A stretch of DNA of 64,000 bases, from the NCBI RefSeq assembly GCF_009914755.1, contig NC_060929.1; one strand, written 5' to 3'. The translations under genes were made by a program, and so were the position numbers. Below the pieces are notes generated by a model. It was not told the DNA's origin. It made no database searches and saw only the letters and a program-made list of their open reading frames with translations. Positions 53,495 through 64,000 of the stretch are shown in pieces (position 1 is the first letter of the stretch; every line of letters begins with the position of its first letter). Source of the DNA: the human T2T-CHM13v2.0 reference genome, Homo sapiens.

Positions 53495-54559
53495 TGTGTC
53501 CAGAATTGGTTCCTTCCAGTGGGTTCTTGGTTTTGCTGACTTCAAGAATGAAGCCGCAGGCCCTCACGGTGAGTGTTGCAGTTCTTAAAGATGCTGTGTC
53601 CGGAGTTTGTTCCTTCAGATGTGTCTGGAGTTTCTTCCTTCCAGTGGGTTTGTGGTCTTGCTTACTTCAGGAATGAAGCTGCAGACCTTTGCAGTGAGTA
53701 TTACAGCTCTTAAAGGTGGCACATCCGGAGTTGTTTATTCCTCCTGGTGGGTTTGTAAGGTCTCGCTGACTTCAGGAGTGAAGCTGCAGACCTTCACTGT
53801 GAGTGTTACAGCTCATAAAGGTAGTGCAGACTCAAAGAGTAAGCAGCAGCAAGATTTATTGTGAAGAGCGAAAGAACAAAGCTTCCACAGTGTGGAAGGG
53901 GATGCAAGCAGGTTACCACTGCTGGCTCGGGTGGCCGGCATTTATTCCCTTATTTGGCCCCACCCACATCTTGCTGATTGGTCCATTTTACAGAGTGCTG
54001 ATTGGTCCATTTTACAGAGTGCTGATTGGTCTGTTTTTACAGAGTGCTGATTGGTGTGTTTATAAACCTTTAGCTAGACGCAGAGTGCTGATTGGTGCAT
54101 TTTTACAGAGTGCTGATTGGTGTGTTGACAAACCTTTAGCTAGACACAGAGCGCCGATTGGTGCATTTACAATCCTTTAGCTAGACAGAAAAGTTCTCCA
54201 GGTCCCCACCCAATTAGCTAGACACAGAGTGCCGATTGGTGTGTTTACAAACCTTTAGCTAGACACAGAGCGCTGATTGGTCCATTTTAACAGAGTGCTG
54301 ACTGGTGCATTTACAAACCTTTAGCTAGACACAGAGCGCTGATTGGTCCATTTTAACAGAGTGCTGATTGGTGCATTTACAAACCTTTAGCTAGACACAG
54401 AGTGCTGATTGGTGTGTTTTTACAGAGTGCTGATTGGTGCATTTACAAACCTTTAGCTAGACACAGAACACTGATTGGTGTGTTTACAATCCTTTAGCTA
54501 GACAGAAAAGTTCTCCAAGTCCCCACCTGACCCAGAAGCCTAGCCAGCTTCACCTCTCA
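53495..54559 (-). mobile_element. LTR12 (ERV9) solo LTR
   Basis: The minus strand starts tgagaggtgaagc. Tandem gctgattggt units, TSD atag at 53491-53494 and 54560-54563. Confidence 0.93.
53970..54500 (-). promoter_or_regulatory. LTR12 U3 tandem-repeat enhancer with ~14 CCAAT (NF-Y) boxes
   Basis: About 14 gattgg copies counted by eye. Activity cannot be shown from sequence. Confidence 0.6.
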
Positions 54560-55999
54560 ATAGAGCCTACCCAAATGAGAAGGAACCAGAAAACCAACCC
54601 TGGTAATATGACAAAACAAGGCTCTTTAATCCTCCCCAAACCCCCTCCAAATCACACTAGATGACCAGCAGTGGATCCAAACTAAGAAAAAATCCCTGAT
54701 TTACCTGAAAAAGAATTCAGGAGGTTAGTTATTAAGCTAATCAGGGAGGCACCAGAGAAAGGTGAAGCCCAATTCAAGGAAATCCAAAAAATGATACAAG
54801 AAGTGAAGGGAGAAATATTCAAGGGAATAGATAGCATAAAGAAAAAACAATCAAAACTTCAGGAAACATTGGACACACTTATAGAAGTGCAAAATGCTCT
54901 GGAAAGTCTCAGCAATAGAATTGAACAGGCAGAAGAAAGAAATTCAGAGCTTGAAGACAAGGTCTTCGAATTAACCCAATCCAACAAAGACAAAGAAAAA
55001 AGAATAAGAAAATGTGAACAAAGCCTCTAAGAAGTCTTGGATTATGTTAAATGATCAAACCTAAGAATAATCAGTGTTCCTGAGGAAGAAGAGAATTCTA
55101 AAAGCTTGGAAAACATATTTGGGGGAATAATTGAGGAAAATTTCCCCAGCCTTACTAGAGCCCTAGACATCCAAACACTAGAAGTACAAAGAACACCTGG
55201 GAAATTCATCGCAAAAAGATAATCACCTAGGCACAGTTTCATCAGGTTATTCAAAGTTAAAATGAAGGAAAGAATCTTAAGAGCCTTGAGACAGGAGCAC
55301 CAGGTAGGCTATAAAGGAAAACCTATCAGGTTAACAGCAGATTTCTCAGCAGAAACCCTATAAGCTAGAAAGTATTGGGGCCCTATCTTCAGCCTCCTCA
55401 AACAAAACAATTATCAGCCAAGAATTTTGTATCCAGTGAAACTAAGCATCATGTATGAAGGAAAGATACAGTCTTTTTCAGGCAAACAAATGCTGAGAGA
55501 ATTCACCACTACCAAGCCAGCACTACAAGAACTGCTAAAAGGAGCTCTAAATCTTGAATCAAATCCTGGAAACACATCAAAACAGAACCTCTTTAAAACA
55601 TAAATCACACAGGACTTATAAAACAAAAATATAAGTTAAAAAGCAAAAACAAAAAACAAAAAAAACAAAGTACCCAGGCAACAAATAGCACAATGTATGC
55701 AATGGTACCTCACATTTCCATACTAACATTGAATGTAAATGGCCTAAATGCTCCATTTAAAATATGCAGAATGGCAGAATAAATAAGAACTCACCAACCA
55801 CCTATCTGCTGCCTTCAGGAGTCTCACCTAACACGTAAGGACTCACATAAAGTAAAGGGATGGAAAGAGGCATTTCATGAAAATGGACCCCAAAAGTGAT
55901 CAGGGGTAGCTATTCTTATATCAGACAAAACAAACTTTAAAGCAACAGCAGTTAAAAGAGACAAAGAGGGACATATATATAATGGTAAAATACCTTGTC

Positions 56000-56459
56000 T
56001 GTGAGACACACACATTCACCCATCCAAACCCAAAGAATGGACTTGGAGACACGAAGAACAGCAGAAGCGAGACTTTTAATGGCAGTCTTGCAAAATTGAG
56101 TGTCTAGTAGGCAGGCACACCTGGGGCAGTTACAACAGGTAATTTATCTCCTAGCACACAAGTCCTTCCCCCAGTTCCTCATTGGTCGAGTACTCTGGGG
56201 TTACAATCTTCCCAGATGTCGCCTAATTTTCATTATCTCCCTTATAAGGTTATACCCCATCCCCTTCCCTGCTTAAGTTTTGATTTCCCAACAACAAAAC
56301 TTTCTTCCCTTTTGTAAGCTGACCCCTCCTCTACATTCTGTTTGCTTATTGTAACTTTCTAGGTGCATGAGACATGTGGTTTGTCACATCCTCAGGCTGG
56401 CTGCCAGTACTTAGATTTATCATGCCTTGAAAATGGACCATTTAAAATGTTTTCTCACA
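56000..56459 (-). mobile_element. ERV1-type solo LTR (tentatively LTR15-like)
   Basis: Terminal inverted repeats tgtgaga/tctcaca, imperfect TSD ttgtc/ttttc. The L1PB ORF2 resumes on both sides. Confidence 0.8.
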
Positions 56460-56801
56460 TTTTCAAACAGGAAAATATCACAATCCTAAACATATATGAA
56501 CCTAACACTGGAGCTCTCAAATGTATAAAGCAATTACTAATAGACCTAAGAAATGAGATAGACAGCAACACAATAATAGTGGGGGGACTTCAATACTCCA
56601 CCGACAGCACTAGACAGGTCATCAAGACAAAGTCAACAAAGAAACAATGGATTTAAACTATATCTTGGAACAAATGGAATTAACAGATATATACAGAGCA
56701 TTTCATGTAACAACTGCAGAATACATATTCTATTCAACAGCGCATGGAACTTTCTCCAAGATAAGCCACAAAATGAGCCTCAACAAATTTAAGAAAATTG
56801 A

Positions 56802-57571
56802 GGAGAGGGAAGGTGGGTGAAGCCAGAAGACAAACACAATGAAACCATCAGATCTGAAGGATTCTGGGAAGCTGATGGCAGTAGTGTAGTTTTTTAATCT
56901 TTCTGAACCTGCCACATAAAAACAGACAGACTAATAAGAGAGTATGGAAACAGAAGGACTAGAAAAAAGTGGGGAAATCCCAGAAATCCCAAAAGGCAAG
57001 CTGCCGTATTTTAAAACATAACTCAAAGCAACAGAAGAGGGAAATCTGTAAAATCAGGTAAAGTTTCCTGAACCCCGCCTCATTTTAAAACTTCAGGAAA
57101 ACTTATTTCACATAAAAATGAATAACTTAAAAAGTATCAAGATCAAACCCCACATAAAGATTTTATAAGATTAAAAGAAAATAAGGAACAGAGTATGATC
57201 CTTAGTGTCAATGAAAGTCAGAAAAATATGTCCATAAAACAGATGAAAACCACAACATAATATTTTAAGATAAGCTAGAAGATATTAAGGAAATGATTCA
57301 TGAGATGAAACAATATAAGTTTAAACAATAAAACTCAGAAATGAAATGACAATTCAGGAAAATTAGAAGTTAAAGAAATGTCATTTTAGAAATTATGAGT
57401 TCTCACTCATAAGTGGGAGTTGAACAATGAGAACACATGGACATAGGGAGGGGAATATCACATACTGGAGCCTGTCGGAGGGTGGGGCTAGGAGAGGGAT
57501 AACATTAGGAGAAATACCTAATGTAGGTGACAGATTGATGAGTACAGCAAACAAAAAAAAAAAAGAAAAAA
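56802..57571 (+). mobile_element. Chimeric L1-mobilised retrocopy (non-L1PB sequence + L1PA7/8-like 3'UTR piece + poly(A))
   Basis: TSD aagaaaattga at 56791-56801 and 57572-57582, poly(A) at 57553-57571. Confidence 0.85.
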
Positions 57572-59607
57572 AAGAAAATTGAAATTATATCAGACACTTT
57601 CTCAGACCACAGTAGAATAAAACTGTAAACTAACTCCAAAAGGAACTTTCAAAACCATGCAAGTATATGGAAATTAAATAACCTCTTCCTAAATGAGCAT
57701 TGAGTCAAAAATGAAATCCAGATGGAAACTAAAAAATTTTTTGAACTGAACAACAATAATGACACAGCCTACCAAAACCTCTGGGATACAGCTAAGGTGG
57801 TGCTAAGAGGAAAGTTCATAGCCCTAAACACCTACATCAAAAAGACTGAAAGAGCACAAACTGACATTCTAAGGTCACACCTCAGGGAACTAGAGAAACA
57901 AGAACAAACCAAACCCAAACCCAGCAGAAGAAAGGAAATAACCAAGATCAGAGTAGAACTAAATGAAATGGAAACAAAACAAAAAATACAAAAGATAAAT
58001 GAAACAAAAAGCTGGTTCTTTGAAAAGATAAATAAAATTGATAGACCATTAGCAATATTAACCAAGAAAAGGAGAGAGAAAATTCAAATAATCTCACTAA
58101 GAAACGAAACAGGTGATATTACAACCGTCACCACTGAAATATAAAAGATCATTCAAGGCTACTATGAACACCTTTATGCACATAAACTAGAAAATCTAAA
58201 AGAGATGGATAAATTCTTGGAAAAATACAACCCTCCTACCTTAAATCAGGAAGAATTAGACACCCTGAACAGACCAATGACAAGCAGCGAGACTGAAATG
58301 GTAATTTAAAAATTACCAGCAAAAAAAAGTCCAGGACTAGATGGAGTCACATCAGAATTCTACCAGACATTCAAAGAAGAATTGGTACCAATCCTTTTGA
58401 CACTATTCCACAAGATAGAGAAAGAAGGAGCCCTCCCTAATTCATTCTATGAAACCAGCATCACCCTAATACCCAAACCAGGAAAGGACATTACCAAAAA
58501 AGAAAACTACAGACTAATATCCTTGATGAACATAGATACTAAAATCCTTAACAAAACACTATCTAACTGAATCCAACAACATATCAAAAAGATAATTTAC
58601 CATGATGAAGTGGCTTTCATACTAGGGATGCAGGGATGGTTTCACATATGCAAGTCAATAAATGTGATACACCACATAAACAGAATTAAAAACAAAAATC
58701 ACATGATCATTTCAATAGATGCAGAAAAAGCTTTTGACAAAATCCAGCATTGCTTTATGATTAAAACTTGCAGCAAAATTGGCATACAAGGGACATACCT
58801 CAATGTAATAAAAGCTATCTATGACAAACCCACAGCCAACATAACACTGAATGGGGAAAAATTGGAAGCATTCCCTCTAAGAACTGGAACAAGGCAAGGA
58901 TGCCCACTCTTGCCACGCCTCTTCAACATAGTACTGGAGGTGCTAGCCAGAGCAATCAGACAAGAGAAAGAAATAAAGGGCATCCAAGTAAAGAGGAAGT
59001 CAAACTGTCACTGTTTGCTGATGATATGATTGTTTACCTTGAAAACCCTAAAGACTCCTCCAGAGAGCTCCTAGAACTGATAAAAGAATTCAGCAAAGTT
59101 TCCAGATACAAGATTAATGTACATAAATAAGTAGCTCTGCTATACACCAATAGTGACCAAGCAGAAAATCGAATCAAGAACTCAACCCCTTTTACAATAG
59201 CTGCAAAAAAATAAAATACTTAGGAATATACCTAACCAAGGAGCTGGAAGACCTCTACAAGGAAAACTACAAAATACTGCTGAAAGAAATCATAGATGAC
59301 ACAAAGAAATGGAAACACATCCCATGCTCGTGGATGGGTAGAATCAATATTGTGAAAATCACCATACTGCCAAAAGCAATCTACAAATTGAATGCAATTC
59401 TCATCAAAATACCACCATCATTCTTCACAGAATTAGAAAAAAACAATTCTAAAATTTATATGGAACCATAAAAAAGCCCCCATAGCCAAAGCAAGACCAA
59501 GCAAAAAGAATGAACCTGGAGGCATCACACTACCTGATTTCAAACTATACAATAAGGCCACCAGAGTCACCAAAACAGCATGGTATTTGTAGAAAAATAG
59601 GCACACA

Positions 59608-59961
<354 letters not shown>

Positions 59962-60931
59962 TCAATGGAACAGAATAGAGAACCTAGAAGTAAACCCTAA
60001 TACTTACAGCCAACTGATCTTTAACAAGGCAAACAAAAACATAAGGTGGGAAAAGGACACCCTTTTCAACAAGAGATAATTGGCTAGCCGCATATAGGAG
60101 AATGAAACTGGATCCTCATCTCTCACCTTATACAGAAATCAACTCAAGATTGATTAAGGACTTAATCCTAAGACCTGAAACTATAAAAATTCTAGAAGAT
60201 AACATTGGAAAAATCTTTGTAGATATTGGCTTTGCAAGGGTTTCATGACCAAGAACCAAAAGCAAACACAATAAAAACAGATAAATAGCTGGGACTTGAT
60301 TAAACTAAAGAGATTTTGCACGGCAAAAGGAACAGTCAGCAGAGTGAACAGACAACCCACAAAGTGGGAGAAAATCTTCACAATCTATACATCTGACAAA
60401 AGACTAATTTCCAAAACCTACAACGAACTCAAACAAATTAGTAAGAAAAAAACAAACAATCCCATCAAAAAGTGGGCTAAAGACATGAATAGACAATTCT
60501 CAAAAGAAGATATACAAATGGCCAACAAACACATGAAAAAATGCTCAACATCACTAATGATCAGGGAAATGCAAGTCAAAACTACAGTGCAATACCACCT
60601 TCCTCCTGCAAGAATGGCCATAATAAAAAAACCAAAAAACAGTAGATGTTGGCATGGATGCGGTGATCAGGAAACACTTCTACACTGCTGGTGAGAATGT
60701 AAACTAGTACAGCCACTGCGGAAAACAGTGTGGAAATTCCTTAAAGAACTAAAAGTAGAACTACCATTTGATCCAGCAATCCCACTCGAGGTATCTACCC
60801 AGAAGAAAAGAAGTCATTATATGAAAAAGATAACTTACACACGCATGTTATAGCAGCGTAATTCACAATTGCAAAATCGTGGAACTAACCCAAATGCCTA
60901 TCAATCAATGAGTTGATAAAAAAATTGTGGT

Positions 60932-61060
60932 GTATATATATATATATATATATATATGATAGAATATATATATGATATCAAATATATATAATTGATATAT
61001 ATATCATATATATGATAGAATATATATATGATATCAAATATATATGTATATGATAGAATA
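60932..61060. repeat. (TA)n-rich low-complexity expansion in L1PB
   Basis: (TA)n with repeated tgatagaata/tgatatcaaata units. Confidence 0.9.
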
Positions 61061-61540
61061 CTACTCAGTCACAAAAAGGAATGAATTAACAGCATTTGCA
61101 GTGACCTGGATGAGATTGGAGACTATTATTCTAAGTGAAGTAACTCAGGAATGGAAAACCAAACATCGTATGTTCTCACTGATAGGTGGGAGCTAAGCCA
61201 TGAGAATGCAAAGGCATAAGAATAATACAATGGACTTTGGGGACTTGAGGGGAAGACTGTGAGGGGAGTGAGGGATAAAAGACAACGAATATGGTTCAGT
61301 GTATACTGATTTGGTAATGGGTGCACCAAAATCTCACAAATCACCACTAAAGAACTTATGTAGCCAAATACCTCCTGTACCCCAATAACTTATGGAAAAA
61401 GATATATAAAGCCTGGATAATTAGCTTAAATATATAGAATATTTTAAAGTAAATTTTAAAAATAATATTTAGATAAATGATTTTTAGTTAAAATTATTAA
61501 TAAAGTACAATGATTTCATTTAAAAAAATAAAATAAAACA

Positions 61541-61845
61541 TTATTTATTTATTTATTGAGACAGAGTCTTTCTCCATTGCCCGGCCTGGAGTGCTGTGGT
61601 GCTATCTCAGCTCACTGCAATCTCCACCTCCTGGGCTCAAGAGATCCTCTCACCTCAGCCTCCTGAGTGGCTGGGACTACAGGTGCACACCAGCATGCCT
61701 GGCTAATTTTTGTGTTTTTTTTTTTTGTAGAGACGGGGTTTTGCCATGTATCTCACCCTGCTCTCAAACTCCTAGGCTCAAGCAATTCACCTGCTTCGGT
61801 TTCCCAAAGTGCTGAAATTATAGGTGTGAGCCACTATGCCTGGCT
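61541..61845 (-). mobile_element. AluJ whose tail was split by L1PB
   Basis: gggctcaag-type motif in both arms, TSD ttacagtttgKtttta at 52055-52070 and 61846-61861. Confidence 0.88.
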
Positions 61846-64000
61846 TTACAGTTTGGTTTTATATATTTTGGGGAGGCAGAAGTTACAGACACAAAGACAT
61901 AAGTCAATATATGAAAGGTATACATTGGTTTGGCCCGAAAAGGCAGGATGTCTTGAAGCAGGAGATGGTAAGTCATCAATGGATTCAGAGATTCTTTAAT
62001 CTTCAATTGGTTAAAAGAACACAACTTTGTCTAAAAACTTGAAGTTAGCAGAAAGGAAGGTTTATGAAAAGATAAGGATGCCATGTCAGTCAGCCAAAAT
62101 ATGATAGGTTTAGATGATTAAGAGATTGATGGCCTGCAGGCATGACTTAACCGTTGCCTGCATGGCCTTAGGTCTTATTTATAATTTGGTATCTTATTGC
62201 CACAAACAGTCTGTTTTGTTAGTCTTATGACCTCTTTTTAAACATGAATACCAGTCAGTTGTTATGTCCAAACTCCAAAAGCGGGGGCAGTGTATTGAGG
62301 CATGTCTGTCCTTCCTTCCTGTCATGGCTGGAAACTCAGTTTTTAAGGTATCTCTGCGGTCCCTTGGCCAAGAGGGATGAGGCTTAAGATTTTATTTTTA
62401 GTTTATACCCGGTATCTTTGGGTCTTCTTTCTGAAGTCTCCCATGTATGTTCATTAAATAAATTTGGATGCCTTTTCTCCAATTTATCTGACTTTTTTTT
62501 TTGAGTTGATTTTTTTTTTCAGCAAACCTGTAGAGGGCCAAGGAGAACTTTCTCCTTGGCCCCTGCATGAGTGGTATCTCACATAATGTTCTTTGCTTAA
62601 ATGCTTTAGCACTTTGACTCTTACCTCCAGCTCCATGTGTTTCCCTGTGATGTTCTAACCACCAAAACAGGTTCTAGGCATCATCTCCACCCCAGCATGG
62701 CCTCTTTCTGAGGAGCTGTATATGGGAAAATCTGAGCATCTTAATTTCTGTAGGACTTGGAAAAGGTGCGTTGTAGCATGCCTCAACATAAAACTTCCTA
62801 ATTCATCACAATGTGCACATCTCTTTTTAGTGTCAGGGCCTAACTTTCTGTTCTTAAGTGCCTTGGTCTCATTTGGTAGCCTCAGGATAAAGAAAATAAA
62901 TCTCATGAGTTTTTTGTCTTCCATAATTCCAGAAACAGCTCCATTTCTGTGAGAATATATCACTCAGAACAAAGAAGAATGTAAGAATGCAAATTGAGCC
63001 CTTAACAGGAATGGGTGCTCAGGTGCTAATTTGCAAGCAGCTACTTTTTTAAAAAAGGGCTGATGGTATATATGTATATATACATATAGGCATCTGATAT
63101 TATCATTTTGGCAAAAACCCTCATACAATATACATAGACCTTAGACACAAACAATGCAGAATGAAAGTTGTTAATGATGTCTGTGCTTACAAATAATAAT
63201 GACTATTCAGTAAGTCTAAAAACTAAAGTTGAGATACTTTCTTTGCCCTCTACCTTAAAATTAAGAAACAGATGGCCATCTGTAGCCATATATTTCTCGT
63301 TGTTGCGAGTAAATGCAGCCACAAGAGCTTATTTTATGCTAAAAGCCTCCATCTGCTAGATGTAATCTTTTTGTACCTGTAGAAAAATGAATAAAATACG
63401 GACCTGCTTGCTTCTGACCTTGACTCTCAGACAGATTATGCACCTACGCTAGTTTCCTTTTCTCCTTGACAGGTGTTAATCTTAAAATGATGGCAGCGTA
63501 GTCTTTTGACAGTTTCATCCTTTTACCTAAATGGGGGTGAATTGGGCTTCATATTTCTGGTTGGCATATGTTTTGTTGCTATGCAAGGAGTGGATTTTCC
63601 CTTAATGAGCAATACATTGTGGCTCTTCGCAGCATCTTTTCTTGAAAAAATACTCAAGCATCCTGTGACTCTTTTTTTTTTTTGCCAAGCATAAACAAAA
63701 AATCATTATAAATAAAAATAATCTTAAAAAAATCCTCATGTGTTGTGGATCTCTTTATTTATTGGAGGGAAAGAAAAATAGGGTAAACAGAATGAGTCAC
63801 TGAGAATGTCCCGATTCATTTGCTTCCACCTTTTCAGACCCAGCCTCAAATGGCTCCCTACCTCTCTTCCTGCCTTCTGTTCACCACCATCACCATGACA
63901 TTGTTCTCTAGGGACTGTGTGTTTCTTTTTTTGTGGTTATTTGTAATGGGGGTGCTATTTAAACAGAATTCATTGTCATTCAGGCTTCCTTTGGTTCAGA

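Noticed and set aside
53970-54500. Repeat array resembling CRISPR
   Set aside because: These are the tandem U3 repeats of LTR12. There are no unique spacers or cas genes, and the DNA is primate.
63440-63500. Splice-acceptor-like polypyrimidine tract (tttccttttctccttgacag)
   Set aside because: No convincing downstream donor or reading frame, and such motifs are common by chance.

Overview
Primate (hominoid-type, probably human or great ape) intergenic or intronic DNA, read by eye without any alignment tool. No host protein-coding gene, RNA gene or CRISPR array is supported. Every long ORF is a broken LINE-1 ORF1/ORF2 fragment or a chance frame in Alu/LTR sequence. Two structures dominate. (1) 9.5-26.5 kb holds two full-length, inverted, head-to-head L1s of different subfamilies (L1PA4-like on the minus strand, L1PA3-like on the plus strand) around a ~4.6 kb spacer. 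Each has its own intact target-site duplication (TSD), yet they share a 440-bp identical tract and many non-consensus mutations, including loss of the ORF2 start codon. This points to ectopic gene conversion and a probable inversion-prone locus. (2) 51.4-62.6 kb is a five-level nest: MER39 > MER4 > AluJ > L1PB > {LTR12, a second solo LTR, an AluS and a chimeric retrocopy with its own TSD}. The L1PB also appears to carry a 3' transduction. The rest is typical Alu/MIR/L2/L1M/MaLR debris plus an unexplained 114-bp direct repeat. Subfamily names come from remembered consensus motifs and need RepeatMasker/Dfam confirmation. Boundaries of old repeats are approximate.
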